Below, piece by piece: positions 17,286 through 28,222 of a DNA stretch of 55,989 bases. This stretch comes from a virus (Duplodnaviria; Caudoviricetes). Numbering within the stretch: position 1 is the first letter of the stretch; every line of letters begins with the position of its first letter. Below the pieces are notes generated by a model. That model made no database searches. It was given only the letters and a program-made list of their open reading frames with translations, and was not told the origin of the DNA. Both the position numbers and the translations under genes were made by a program. The stretch covers positions 1 to 55,989 of IMG/VR virus record IMGVR_UViG_3300045253_000047, one strand, 5' to 3'.

Positions 17286-17621
17286 TCAAAATACAGAACT
17301 GGACGACCCGCGCCGCGCAGGCCCAACGTCAAATACACAATGCCCGGTTGTGGCGGTTCCTGTACTAACCCAGCTGATCACGTTACCGGCTTGGACGGTC
17401 GCACTTGCAGGGCAAGTAACCTTAAAAAATAGCACAACATGGGGGAGCGATCCATCATGTCCCGCGTCAACGACATTCCACCCGTTTGTTGTATTAGCGT
17501 CCGCAATAAATCCGCCACCGGAGTCCTTTATTGACCATATCGTACTCGGGTCAAATGTACCATTGCCGCCATCCGATGGAATAGTGGCGGTTGAATGCCT
17601 TGGTATCTTCGGGTTAGACAT
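17286..17621 (-). CDS. minor tail protein
   Basis: TAATG coupling (MSNPKIP). Confidence 0.65.
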   Translation of the reverse strand: MSNPKIPRHSTATIPSDGGNGTFDPSTIWSIKDSGGGFIADANTTNGWNVVDAGHDGSLPHVVLFFKVTCPASATVQAGNVISWVSTGTATTGHCVFDVGPARRGSSSSVF

Positions 17622-18661
17622 TACATTGTACACCAGGCCGTTAGGAAGACGCTCCATTCATCGGAGCTATTCACGTTCCCGTAGACTACTTGCATTAAGT
17701 CGCCAGACACACCGGAAGTCGTTGTAAAGCTGTTTGTACTCATACCGTGCGATCCTGCCGCGAGCGACAGATTAGAGGCAAAGATATTCGATCCGTTCTT
17801 TGCTATGTTCATAGTGGCCGGCGAAGTTACTGGTGCTGTCTTCGCGCGGAAGTCGACTCGTGTAAAATGCCACGTCAATGAACTGGTTCCGTCCAACATA
17901 TTATACGGCAATTCGAACTCAAAGTCATCAGTGGTTGAAGCTGTGGGAGTGACAATCTGAATGAGCGTGAAATATCCGCCGCGATAGATTACGGGGTCGA
18001 GTGGGATGTCTGCGGCCACAATGTCGCCCCAGTGAGGCGCGACGGCTCCGCCTGAAACCGGCCCGCGATAGAACGCATTCGCACTCTGCGCGTCCGCTGT
18101 GACCGCCAGCGTGCCGTTTGCAGTAAGGGGCGAACCTGTGACCGTGAAGCCGCTCGGCATCGTGAGGCCAACCGAACCGATAGGCCCAGTCGCGCCAGTT
18201 GAGCCTGTCGCGCCCGTAGGCCCGGTCAAGTTCATAATGACTGACCATGTGCCGGACGTTTTCAGATAGACAGCGCCGTTGGACGTTCTCAGGTAGTAGT
18301 CACCGTTATTCCCAGTTCCGCCCGATGGGACGCCCGAACCGGAATACCATATCGTTCCCTCAAGTATGTTCCAGGTTGCCCCAACGCTTTCGAAATACTT
18401 GAGAACCGATGGACTGCCGCTCGTGTCTAACCAAAGGTACGCCGTGTTAGCCGGGGGTGAACTTCCCGGTATGATAGGCCCACTGTAGACAATCGCGTCA
18501 AGTAGGCGCGAGTCAGCACTCGCGATCAGGTACAGCGCGTCACCGGGAGCGCCACCGTCAGGCGTTCCGCCGCCCCCACCACCGCCGCCCGGAACGGGTA
18601 TGCCATCGCCACCAGTGAAGTCATTGCCGCCGATTATACCGAAGTCGCTAGGTGAAGCCAT
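17621..18661 (-). CDS. tail fibre with short collagen-like repeat
   Basis: GNNGDYYL...GTWS + GPTGATGSTGATGP. Confidence 0.8.
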   Translation of the reverse strand: MASPSDFGIIGGNDFTGGDGIPVPGGGGGGGGTPDGGAPGDALYLIASADSRLLDAIVYSGPIIPGSSPPANTAYLWLDTSGSPSVLKYFESVGATWNILEGTIWYSGSGVPSGGTGNNGDYYLRTSNGAVYLKTSGTWSVIMNLTGPTGATGSTGATGPIGSVGLTMPSGFTVTGSPLTANGTLAVTADAQSANAFYRGPVSGGAVAPHWGDIVAADIPLDPVIYRGGYFTLIQIVTPTASTTDDFEFELPYNMLDGTSSLTWHFTRVDFRAKTAPVTSPATMNIAKNGSNIFASNLSLAAGSHGMSTNSFTTTSGVSGDLMQVVYGNVNSSDEWSVFLTAWCTM

Positions 18662-20062
18662 TTAATCAGGTATCCAGGTGACGCCCCCGTCAAGTGTGTG
18701 ACAGGCTTTCGAGAACCATACGCCATCGTTCGTTGAGACGTAGACCTGCAAAAGCTGAGTATTCGCGCCGTCGCAAGCGACCACGACAAGCCGACTACCA
18801 CACGAAAAGCCGGTGCAGATATTAGCGTCGATATTGATAAACGCGAGGTTTGAGCCGTCCTTCGTCGATGACCACTCCATATACCGGGCGTGATCTATGA
18901 AAAGGTGATCGTCTTTCGAACTGTAGAGGATGCTTTTATTGATGCCGCTTCCCTCGTGCTTAATCCAATAGATGTTATCGGCATCCCCGGCCCATAGCAT
19001 TTGTTCCCCGAACCCGAAGAAGTTGGAATTGATCGTGAAGCCGTTGACGGTATATGAAAACCCGGTTTGATACCCATATGTTCCTGAAAGCGTGGAAACA
19101 AGACCGAGGTAGCCGAGTCCTCCACTGCCCATGATATTAGGGTTGCGATCTGTGACCAGTGAGCCGAACGCCCAATTGTCGGATCGGTAATCATCGCGAG
19201 ATATAGACGCGCCATCCGTGGAAAGTGCGCGAAGGTGATTTATCGGGGGCCGTCGCGGTTCATGGTAATGAAAATCATACGACCCCGTCCAGTTCGCGCT
19301 AAATGACCATACGCCGGAGGATTTATGGTACACATCCCAGTTTGACACATTAAGGTAGTTTTGATTATCAAGTCCTAATCCGCTTGACGGCACGCCTGCG
19401 CCTTGCTGCGAAATAATAGGGCCGAAACTGCCGGGGATTGCCGACGCAAGTTGCGTCGTATCGCTCGACCATGTGTTACCGCCATCCGAAGAAACAACTC
19501 CGTACGCGTCTACACTTGCGCGTGAGCTATGCGCGTTCGTTTGAAGTTTGTACCCTCCAGCGGTTTTGCCTCCCGATCCCAGAGAACCTTGATTGCCGCC
19601 GCGTGTTACCCAAACGCTCCCGGAATAGAACTTCTTTGCCGCGCCTCCGATTGCCGTGTTGTCTATCGTGTCACCGCTCAACGTCGAAGCGTTCCGCCAT
19701 ATGAGGCCGCGCCAGTCGTCACATAATCGGCCTGCTTTCCAGTCTAAAGAAGTGGAAGGCGTCGAATACTTGCCGTTGACATAAAGCTGGCCGCCCGGCA
19801 GTGCTATAAATGTGTCAACGAGCGGGACATCCGTACCGGTGCCGATTGTTGAGCCTGAGCTATTCTGAGGCCCGACATCCTTACCACTGCTGAACGTTTG
19901 GCCGAAGTCGAGGCTGATAGAATAACGCAGCGGGTAGCCGTGGATCGAGCCGAGCGCGTCTTCATAGGTGTAATTGATAACGAGTGCCAAACGGGGCGAG
20001 CCGCCGCCCGAAGGCAGTATCATCGCGCCATAAGGCTGTACCGCATAATGAGCTACCGGCAT
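18662..20062 (-). CDS. tail protein with BNR/Asp-box motifs
   Basis: SLDFGQTF, SSDGGNTW, STNDGVW. Confidence 0.7.
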   Translation of the reverse strand: MPVAHYAVQPYGAMILPSGGGSPRLALVINYTYEDALGSIHGYPLRYSISLDFGQTFSSGKDVGPQNSSGSTIGTGTDVPLVDTFIALPGGQLYVNGKYSTPSTSLDWKAGRLCDDWRGLIWRNASTLSGDTIDNTAIGGAAKKFYSGSVWVTRGGNQGSLGSGGKTAGGYKLQTNAHSSRASVDAYGVVSSDGGNTWSSDTTQLASAIPGSFGPIISQQGAGVPSSGLGLDNQNYLNVSNWDVYHKSSGVWSFSANWTGSYDFHYHEPRRPPINHLRALSTDGASISRDDYRSDNWAFGSLVTDRNPNIMGSGGLGYLGLVSTLSGTYGYQTGFSYTVNGFTINSNFFGFGEQMLWAGDADNIYWIKHEGSGINKSILYSSKDDHLFIDHARYMEWSSTKDGSNLAFINIDANICTGFSCGSRLVVVACDGANTQLLQVYVSTNDGVWFSKACHTLDGGVTWIPD

Positions 20063-21337
20063 TTAATACGCCCTCTCCGCCGTCGTGATGACCGTGAACG
20101 CGCCCGCTGTGGCCGTTCCTGCTACCGCTATGGCTGTTGGTGTCGAATTCATTCTATCACCTCCGGTCGAAGGCGTCAAGGCTAGCTGTGTCCCTGCTAC
20201 AGCGTTATCTGCGGTAGCCGTCCATGTATGAGAGATGCCCGCTTGGTTAAGTGCCGTCACCGTTACCGCGCAGGTTCCATTAATGGTTGTGCCGACAAGG
20301 ATCGCAGGGCCGAGAACAGGCGCGATCGCCTGCGCCATGGGAAAGCCGCCGAGGAACGTATTATTGGAATTGCCTTGAATGGTATGCTCAACAAACGTAC
20401 GCGGAGAGGTGCCACCGGTGAGGCTGTCAGTCGTGGTGAACTTGCTATGCGGGACGCCCGCAAAACCTGCCGCGCTCGTGATCGTGATCGGTGTACCCGG
20501 CATCGCGCCGCCCGCGCATGTGACGTTCCCGCTACCGACACTGGAAAGCCCCTGTAAAGCCGTCTGTAAAGAGCCTGCCGAGATATTATAAGCGAGCGCC
20601 GAAGTAGTCACTCCCGCGAATGTCATCGTGAACGTTCCGCCGGTCGGAGCGCCGGACATCATCAGTGTCTGAACGTCGTTAATCGTCGTGGTCGGAACGG
20701 GAACCGCGTACCCATTCACCAGAGGGAAATTCGTTGCCGTGTTTGCCGATAGCGTTCCTGCATTCGCGCCCGTGATCGTGAATAGCCCGAGCAAGATACC
20801 CGAAGGGGCAAACACACACGACGCGGGCAGATATTTGCTCCCGCCGTAGGCGTAGAAGTAGGCCGCCGCAAAGTACGGGCTGAACAGTACAGAGAACGGC
20901 GTAATGGCGTTATAGTAAGCCGCGTAGCTAGGAAGATCGACCACGCCCGCGATGCCGTCCACTGCCGCGTATACCGCGATTTGCTTTCGATACCCTTCAA
21001 GGCAGGATTGAAGCGCCGAAACGAGAATGCTTGACCGGTTAAGGATGCCCGTTCCCTGTCCAAACGAGCCGCCGCCTACGCCGTTACCGCCGAAGGCCGA
21101 ATTGGCCGGGAGTCCCGCCGCGTTCGTTGAGATGCCGCTGCCGGATTGATAGATGCCTCGTACGTACGGATACCACGCAAGCTGTTGATCTATGTCGGCG
21201 CTGAATATCGCCGCCAAGTCCGTGACCAGGCTCGTAGCCTTTTGCTTGGTAAGGTCGATACCCGGCGTGAATAGATTGTAAAGTTGCCCGGTGTGATCGG
21301 TAAGGAGTTTCAAGCTGCTTGTTGAGATTAGGGACAT
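20063..21337 (-). CDS. minor tail protein
   Basis: Contains NDVQT...PTGGTFTMTF module. Confidence 0.75.
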   Translation of the reverse strand: MSLISTSSLKLLTDHTGQLYNLFTPGIDLTKQKATSLVTDLAAIFSADIDQQLAWYPYVRGIYQSGSGISTNAAGLPANSAFGGNGVGGGSFGQGTGILNRSSILVSALQSCLEGYRKQIAVYAAVDGIAGVVDLPSYAAYYNAITPFSVLFSPYFAAAYFYAYGGSKYLPASCVFAPSGILLGLFTITGANAGTLSANTATNFPLVNGYAVPVPTTTINDVQTLMMSGAPTGGTFTMTFAGVTTSALAYNISAGSLQTALQGLSSVGSGNVTCAGGAMPGTPITITSAAGFAGVPHSKFTTTDSLTGGTSPRTFVEHTIQGNSNNTFLGGFPMAQAIAPVLGPAILVGTTINGTCAVTVTALNQAGISHTWTATADNAVAGTQLALTPSTGGDRMNSTPTAIAVAGTATAGAFTVITTAERAY

Positions 21338-21347
21338 AATTTCACCT

Positions 21348-23624
21348 TTAGAGGTTCTGTGACCATCGGCTAGTTATCACAGACCGCATAACGGACGGGT
21401 CAGTATTGCTGTAACTCGACTGAATACTCTCCACGGAGAGCGGGATATTCATTTGCAAGTCCGGGGCATCCACGTTGACGGCTATCTGGTCGAGGGCAAA
21501 GAGGTTCGGCAGAAAACACGCCTCATTCGTCATCGTGATAGCCGGGACTGTGATTTTCTCAAGTGCCGCCAGCGCAAAACCTGCCGTAAACACCGGATCA
21601 ACGAACAGCCGTGAGACCTGTACCCATGGTTGGTTGAAGCCGTGCATATTGGCGGTAAAACCGGGGACAAAATCGTCTATATTGAGATAGGTTCCCTGCG
21701 GGCTGTTGGTCGATAAGTCCTTGCCAAAGAACGCCACGCCGGTACGCCTGTCGCTGGTGTCCACGTTAAAAGCTAGCTTGCCCCATATCGCAGATAGAAA
21801 GTCACTGTTTGCCGGATCGCCGCTATCCTGGAATTGGAACGTCCCTTTGAACGGCGTTTGATAGATGCCGGGATAGTAGGGGAACGATTGCAAAACGGCT
21901 TCTGAGTTGAAGAACGCGACCCCGTGAACGAATGACAATATTTCAGATACGCAGTCGATAAAGTGGGTATTCGGCCCGAAGGTCATTGCAGGGGACGTTC
22001 CCACCCCGAGCGTTAACTTAAAATGCGGGCATCCGGCGGGGTTAGGGCCGAAATCGCACGTTTTGAACATGTCGCCGATATAGGCATCAGACAACCCGGC
22101 CATATTGCAGAGGAACCGGATCGCCGAAAGGAAACACCAACCATCCAGCGGCGGCAATACCCCGCAGTCACGTTCCAACGGGAACCACATATCCTCGACG
22201 ATGCAATCAAACTCCCGGCGCGGATCGGCTTTCCACACACTCGACTTCATGCCCGCCCATCCGATGAGATAATCAATCGGCGCGGTTAACGGCTGCATCG
22301 TGCCGTCATTCGCTTGAGCCATGAGCCAGCGGCTATATTTAATGGCTCTGTGCGCCCCTGTGAGCGATGAAAAGTCTCCATACGTGTTATCGAACTTGAG
22401 TCCTACCTGCGTACGCACAAGGCCGCTCTGACGGTCAAAATATTGGTTCTCTTCGATCTCGGCAATTCGCGAGGATATGTCCACGATGTCAGATACCACG
22501 GCGGTATTGTCAAAAACCGGCGGAATGCGTACCTGGATTGTCTTTATAATGGGCGACGACGCGACCGAAGTCGCCATCGGATCGGATGTACCATAGATTT
22601 GAAGCATGTATTTTAGCCGCGTATACGTGAAGTCGAGATTGCCGAGCGTGCCGACGAATGCGGTATCATCGCCGAAGAGCGAGTCGGGTAAATACACGCC
22701 CGCGCCACCGTCATCTTGCAGCACAAACGGTATATCGAACTCGGGGGAAACGATGTAGCCAAACGGTTTGAATAAGATCGGGTAGTACCCAAACCCTGCG
22801 GAGCCGTTCATGCCGTAGTACCGGAGCTTACCCTGCACCACGGAGATATTATTCGTCTGATCGTACGTCAACCCATCGCCGGCCGCCGCCGCAAAATTGG
22901 GCGCACGGAGAACGAGCTTTTCCTTACCGTTGGCGATATTCACCACGAGCGCATTTTGACCGGGAAACGGCAACCATTCGACGATAAACGAGCGGTTCTG
23001 CTCTTCGAACAATACCGAGCAGTCTGCGACTTCCGTGCCCACGACACCATTGACGCCCCAATCACCCCAGTACCACGCGCCCGCGTCGTCTACCGTCGCC
23101 ATTTGCAGAAACGGCGGCTTCCCATCCTCCAAAACGAGCCGGACGGGTACATCGTTATTGTCATCGGACGGCGGATCGTCGCCACCCATAAGCAGTACGG
23201 TGTAATAGTTGGCCGCGCCGGCCGTTGCGCCTACGGGCAGTTGGCCGCGCTGTAATCGCACGTAGAAAGCTGAGTTTGCCGCGAGTTGGCTGTTTGTGCG
23301 GATGTCAAAAGGATTGTCCGGCGCCGCGTTCGTCATAAGCAATTGCAGCTTCTGAGTTGCGCTGTCCGTGCCTTCCGTCCAGTCCGTGCTGCCGGTAGTC
23401 GGAAACTCGTAATTCGATAGCCGCGTGTCGGTGAGGTTCGCAAACGGTTCAAGGATAATAACGCCCGCTTCGGGAATGATGCGGAGGCCGGACAAAGAAA
23501 TGCCCGGATTACCTGCTAAAGCTTCCGGGGCATCGCTTCGCATATATGGAGGTGTCTTTTGAAAACCAAACGCCGCCGCTGGGTTGTCAACAAGAACCTG
23601 ATAGCCTAGTCGTAAACCTGCCAT
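21348..23624 (-). CDS. tail tip/hub protein
   Basis: 758 aa directly after tape measure. Confidence 0.7.
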   Translation of the reverse strand: MAGLRLGYQVLVDNPAAAFGFQKTPPYMRSDAPEALAGNPGISLSGLRIIPEAGVIILEPFANLTDTRLSNYEFPTTGSTDWTEGTDSATQKLQLLMTNAAPDNPFDIRTNSQLAANSAFYVRLQRGQLPVGATAGAANYYTVLLMGGDDPPSDDNNDVPVRLVLEDGKPPFLQMATVDDAGAWYWGDWGVNGVVGTEVADCSVLFEEQNRSFIVEWLPFPGQNALVVNIANGKEKLVLRAPNFAAAAGDGLTYDQTNNISVVQGKLRYYGMNGSAGFGYYPILFKPFGYIVSPEFDIPFVLQDDGGAGVYLPDSLFGDDTAFVGTLGNLDFTYTRLKYMLQIYGTSDPMATSVASSPIIKTIQVRIPPVFDNTAVVSDIVDISSRIAEIEENQYFDRQSGLVRTQVGLKFDNTYGDFSSLTGAHRAIKYSRWLMAQANDGTMQPLTAPIDYLIGWAGMKSSVWKADPRREFDCIVEDMWFPLERDCGVLPPLDGWCFLSAIRFLCNMAGLSDAYIGDMFKTCDFGPNPAGCPHFKLTLGVGTSPAMTFGPNTHFIDCVSEILSFVHGVAFFNSEAVLQSFPYYPGIYQTPFKGTFQFQDSGDPANSDFLSAIWGKLAFNVDTSDRRTGVAFFGKDLSTNSPQGTYLNIDDFVPGFTANMHGFNQPWVQVSRLFVDPVFTAGFALAALEKITVPAITMTNEACFLPNLFALDQIAVNVDAPDLQMNIPLSVESIQSSYSNTDPSVMRSVITSRWSQNL

Positions 23625-26600
23625 TATCCACCCGCACCCGGAAGAACGCCAGCCAGCCCCTGCGTACGCGCTGCCGTGGTCTGAATATGCCCCGTCTGCC
23701 GCTGAGGATTGCCGGAGCCGGTATCCACCTTGATACTGAGCGTCACGCCGCCTAACGCCTTTTGAAGCGCGTCAGCGAATCCGTGAAGCAACGCCTGTAT
23801 GCTCTGGTTGCCGGGAAGGATGTCACCCATCGACTTACCCGCCGTCGCTAGCTGCCCCTCCTCCATGATCGCCGTGTGGCCGCTCGAATTGCGGAAGTAC
23901 CCGAAATTACGCGCCGCAACCGATCCGTACCCGTCCTTTTCCGTCTGCATCGCCGATTGCGCCCTGGACGGTAGGAGCCGTTCGCTGAACGATCCGCCGC
24001 CGATTGCGATTGACGGCAGGTTGTCAAAGAAGCTCTTATCCATCTCGTAACCGATTTCGGCACGTTTGCCGAGTAGCTGATTGCGCGTCTGGGATATGTA
24101 CGGCTGTAGGAAATCAGGAATAGTGCCGCCGAAGTCCTTCTTGATACCCGCTATCTGCTTGTCGAAGTCGGAAACGGCCTGGTTTGCAAGCGAGAAGCCT
24201 TCCCCGCGTAGCTGGTTGAGATTGCCCTGTTCTAAGAACGATTTGCCCGCCCGGTCAAGTTGGCCCTCGATGTCGATCTGTCGCGCTTGTGTGAGAGGCG
24301 CGAATGAGAATTGCGTCTTCTCAATTTGCAGTCCCATCGCCTGTTGAGTGAGACGGCCCGTTTCTGCGAGTGCGTTCGCGCGATCCGCAGGAGATAGTCG
24401 TGGATCATTCGCCGCCGCGCTATAAAGAGAGAACTTATTTGAATTGGCATCGAACGCCGCGTTAAGCCCCGCAATCGCCGCGCCGGAGCCGCCCGTCATT
24501 CGCGCTATCGAAGAACTGGACGTACCGACCGCTGTGTAGCTCGCGTCAATCGAACTGGACGTGCTGTAGAACGCCTTCGCTTCTTCGTTCGGCAGTTGGT
24601 TCAATGAGGCGCGTACGGAAGTCAGTTCCTGCGTCTTCTTAATCGTATCATCGAGGGTTAACCCTCCGCGTGCTAGCTCGTCCGATAACTCCTTCATCTT
24701 GGCTGTGTAGGCGTCAGACAGGCCGGCGAATGCGCCCGCATAGCTGGATGGATCGCCGTAGGTTTGTGAGCGTGACACGCCAAGCGCGGCTTGCCCGATG
24801 CCTGTCTCCGTCTCACCAATGCGTTGTTGATAGTCCGACGCCCGATAGCTGTACTGATCCATCGCCGCTTGATTGCGTAAGTCCTGCGCCTGCGTGCTGA
24901 GTGTCGCCCGCTCCTGCGGGGAGAATAGTGGGTTGGTCGCCTCACGGTCGCGCTCACTCGCAAACCCGAGCCGATTATTGATTATGTCCTGCTCTTGGCT
25001 CGCGCCGCCTTGGTAGCTGCCACCGCGTAGGATGTATCCTTGGAGGTTGCCGCGCGTCTGTGATAGCCCAAGTCCTGCGGTCGCCTCCTGCTCGCCTGCG
25101 TAGGTTGTGGCCGCGAGGCGGTTAATTTGGAACTCACGTGTGTTATCCGCTTCGTATTGCGCTTCAAACGAAGACAGTTTCGATAATAATGCTGGATCGC
25201 CGGGTTTCCGTAGCAATCCCTGCCGCAGTATATCTTCGGTGCTGGATATTGCTCCACGGTCGATATCAAGTTGACGCCCGAAACCAATAGCCGCGCTGGA
25301 TATAGCCGAAGAGCCGCCCGTGATCGCAGTTCGCTGTAACACCTCCGACATACCGGCCATCTCATAGCCAGCCGTCTCCGATGTGGCCGCGTTCGCTCGT
25401 GCTTGTTGATACTCGCCACGGATAGCCGCGTTCAGATCGGCAGGAGCGCCATTTGTCCATTGAGCTTCCGTGCCGAGACGCGCCCGCGCCTGGTTGACGG
25501 CTTCCGGGTCGAAACTGCCACCCATACCGATAGCGCGTTGCCACCACGGCACGGAGTCAACGGACGTTACAAGAGATTTATCTTTCGTGTATTGCGGGTT
25601 TTGCGCTTCGAGAGTAGAAGCATTCGCCGCATAACTCAGGGCCGCGTCCATGCCCGCGTAGTCGCCGGAGACAGCGGCAAGCGTGCCGATGCTACGGTAA
25701 TCACCTGAAGACAAGGAAGTCGGGTCTGTGCCGAACCGCACACGCTGTGCAGCCAATTGGGGGGTACTGTCGAGGTATCCGAGTAGTGCGTCCGATTTTT
25801 CGCCAAACGCCGTACCTAGTCCTATTTGGAACTGACCGAAGCCAGCAGCCGCGCCAGCCGATACCGCACCGGTTTGTCCCACCTTCGTTAGAAACTCGGC
25901 AAGCTCTTTCGCCGCTGGCGTGGCCGCATTCTTGAGAGCTTCCGTAAACTCGTTAATGGCATCGACGCCACCACGCCCCGCACCTAGTGAGTTACCTGCC
26001 CGCTCCTGCGCGAAGGTGTGACCGCTCGCGTACGTGTCGATAGCATCTTCAATGCCACTTCCGACAGATTGACCTATGAACGCGCCGCCGGCTACTCCGG
26101 CAGGCCCGAACTTGCCACCTAGCGCACCGCCCGCAAGAGTGCCAATAATCGGCCCAAGCCCGGTAATCGCCTGTTCCGCTTGCTGACTTGGCAGGTAGGA
26201 CTCGCCGCTTAACATTGGCCGGAAGGCCCGCGTCTCGGCACTGATCGTCGCCATTGAGCCGAAACCAGCCGCGAAACCGAACGCACCATTCTTCCAGAAC
26301 GGCTTTGACGGGTCGCCTTCAAGCCCCGCGCTCATTTCGGCGATTGTCGCCTTTTCCTGTTCCGCCGGCGTCAATAGGCCCAACTCGGCGCGATCCGCTT
26401 GTATGGCGTCAGCAAGCCCGGAACGAGGCCCGGAATACTCCATCGACTGCAACGCTTCTAAACGGCGCTCCGCTAGCGTAGGCATCTTTACTGCCATCGG
26501 CTTCGGCGCGTTCATCCGGTTCATTTCCGCTTCCCAAGCGAGCCGCTTGGCGTCATTCGACGCGGCGAACTCGGCATCGGAAGTCGAGAACGTTGGAGGT

Positions 26601-27088
26601 GTGTATTCGTTTTGCGAGGCGAATGGGATATCGAAAACCGACGTGCTCATGTAGGGCTGTGAAGCCGCCCGAGCGTTGGCCTGTTCTATTGCCGATGGAA
26701 CGTACGGAGGAGGTTCGGGGGGGGCCATCGGCGCAGCGGCGGGGCGGAATATGTCCGTCATGTACCGCTGCTTCTGCGCGTTCGTCATTAAATCTGCATT
26801 ATACAGATGTTCACGCAAACCGGCGTCAAAATCTTCGCGTGTGCCTTGATAGCTGTTTATGTAGTCTTCTGTCGCTGCTACGCGCCGTTGTCCGATTGTA
26901 GGAGGCCGTCCAGCCGCCGCCGCTTCATTCGCCGCCTGGTTTGCCACTGCCGCGTCAACGTCTGCTACGGGGTTGCCGAGAGCCGCCGTGCCAGCGTTAA
27001 GGTTCGCTTCCATTGCGTCAAGCGCACTCGTGGTATCAACCTTGACAGTCGAGCCGAGTATATTAGGATCGGGTGGAGTGATTGCCAT
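23624..27088 (-). CDS. tape measure protein
   Basis: 1154 aa, Ala/Gly/Gln-rich helical, after chaperone genes. Confidence 0.8.
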   Translation of the reverse strand: MAITPPDPNILGSTVKVDTTSALDAMEANLNAGTAALGNPVADVDAAVANQAANEAAAAGRPPTIGQRRVAATEDYINSYQGTREDFDAGLREHLYNADLMTNAQKQRYMTDIFRPAAAPMAPPEPPPYVPSAIEQANARAASQPYMSTSVFDIPFASQNEYTPPTFSTSDAEFAASNDAKRLAWEAEMNRMNAPKPMAVKMPTLAERRLEALQSMEYSGPRSGLADAIQADRAELGLLTPAEQEKATIAEMSAGLEGDPSKPFWKNGAFGFAAGFGSMATISAETRAFRPMLSGESYLPSQQAEQAITGLGPIIGTLAGGALGGKFGPAGVAGGAFIGQSVGSGIEDAIDTYASGHTFAQERAGNSLGAGRGGVDAINEFTEALKNAATPAAKELAEFLTKVGQTGAVSAGAAAGFGQFQIGLGTAFGEKSDALLGYLDSTPQLAAQRVRFGTDPTSLSSGDYRSIGTLAAVSGDYAGMDAALSYAANASTLEAQNPQYTKDKSLVTSVDSVPWWQRAIGMGGSFDPEAVNQARARLGTEAQWTNGAPADLNAAIRGEYQQARANAATSETAGYEMAGMSEVLQRTAITGGSSAISSAAIGFGRQLDIDRGAISSTEDILRQGLLRKPGDPALLSKLSSFEAQYEADNTREFQINRLAATTYAGEQEATAGLGLSQTRGNLQGYILRGGSYQGGASQEQDIINNRLGFASERDREATNPLFSPQERATLSTQAQDLRNQAAMDQYSYRASDYQQRIGETETGIGQAALGVSRSQTYGDPSSYAGAFAGLSDAYTAKMKELSDELARGGLTLDDTIKKTQELTSVRASLNQLPNEEAKAFYSTSSSIDASYTAVGTSSSSIARMTGGSGAAIAGLNAAFDANSNKFSLYSAAANDPRLSPADRANALAETGRLTQQAMGLQIEKTQFSFAPLTQARQIDIEGQLDRAGKSFLEQGNLNQLRGEGFSLANQAVSDFDKQIAGIKKDFGGTIPDFLQPYISQTRNQLLGKRAEIGYEMDKSFFDNLPSIAIGGGSFSERLLPSRAQSAMQTEKDGYGSVAARNFGYFRNSSGHTAIMEEGQLATAGKSMGDILPGNQSIQALLHGFADALQKALGGVTLSIKVDTGSGNPQRQTGHIQTTAARTQGLAGVLPGAGG

Positions 27089-27140
27089 TTTGCAACTTTC
27101 GGCGTATAATGGTGTCTATAGGGATAAGGAGATCAAACGA

Positions 27141-27300
27141 GATGCCAGTCAAAACACGATTAGAAATATGGAACGAAAGAGTTGAAGCAATATCTGAGGC
27201 GGTTATGGGGTTCCTTATGCTGGAACTATTCATCGTTTTAGGAGCTATGCTTGCGGGTCTTATTTATATCGTGGTGATGGCGCTCATTAAGGGGCATTAA
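27141..27300 (+). CDS. small membrane protein (moron)
   Basis: MPVKTRLE start after AAGGAG, TM segment; TATAAT upstream; start approximate. Confidence 0.55.
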
Positions 27301-27301
27301 A

Positions 27302-27589
27302 ATGACAAACGTAATCAATTGGCATCGGTGCAAGCAGTGCAATAAGCCGTGCCACGATAATTCAAGGTTTTGCGGGGAATGCGGGATAGCTCAAGAGGGA
27401 CTTGCCCTTGACTTGAACATGCCGCAACTGATGCGCCACGAGGATCGGCAAGCTCGGAAGAACGCGGATGCGGCGTGGAGTTCGCTATTCATTCCGATAC
27501 CATGGAACGGCCCACGGATCGCCGCACTTGCCACCGCGCTCGTTTTGCTCGCCATCATGGTAATCGGCTTAATGCTACTGCCGAAGTGA
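27302..27589 (+). CDS. zinc-ribbon + transmembrane protein (moron)
   Basis: CKQC..FCGECG, C-terminal TM; paralog of 10660..10962. Confidence 0.8.
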   Translation: MTNVINWHRCKQCNKPCHDNSRFCGECGIAQEGLALDLNMPQLMRHEDRQARKNADAAWSSLFIPIPWNGPRIAALATALVLLAIMVIGLMLLPK

Positions 27590-28209
27590 GTAGATCGCGT
27601 TAAGCGTCTCGGTCTGAATATACGCTTCGTAAGTTTCGCGCGTCGATAGCATGAACGCCGCGAGGTAGCTATCGACCGTCAGGGGCAAGTCTAGGACGTG
27701 CTCCCATCCGTTACGGGCTGCGTCGTGCCAGAGTCGGAAGGCGCGGCTGCATCCGTAGGGGCATCGCCCGCACCCGTCTCGGTATTGCTCCCATTCGTCC
27801 TCAAAGGCTTTTTTAGCGACTCCCATTCCCCCTCAGTTGGAACGCCTCGCAAATTCCGGTTGCCGAACTCAATCAGCACATCGGCGGGGAGGTTCGCAAC
27901 GTTCGCCGCATTCAATGGCAATACCTGCCCGTTCGCGTCTTTCAAGTCCCATCCCTTGATAAGCTGCTGGGCGAGTGACATTCCCTTGGACAACGCAACG
28001 GCGCGAGGATCGGCGGAGCCGTTCACTATGAGGCCAGACTGAGCCACAACGCGCCCCGCTTCGATCTCGTTGCCAGCGGTGCAATCGTCGTGGTCAAACT
28101 CGTAGGTGAAGACCTTCGCCGGGTCGATATCGTTGGCTGCTATGTAGTCATCGGAAATAAGCCGGACTTTGCCGCCGAGGGTGACGGTGTTGATTTTCAT
28201 TGTCTGCAA
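27575..28209 (-). CDS. tail assembly chaperone G (27691-28209) and -1 frameshift product GT
   Basis: In-frame slippery A-AAA-AAG at 27814-27808; -1 frame open to 27575. Confidence 0.85.
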
Positions 28210-28222
28210 TTAATTTTTCTCC

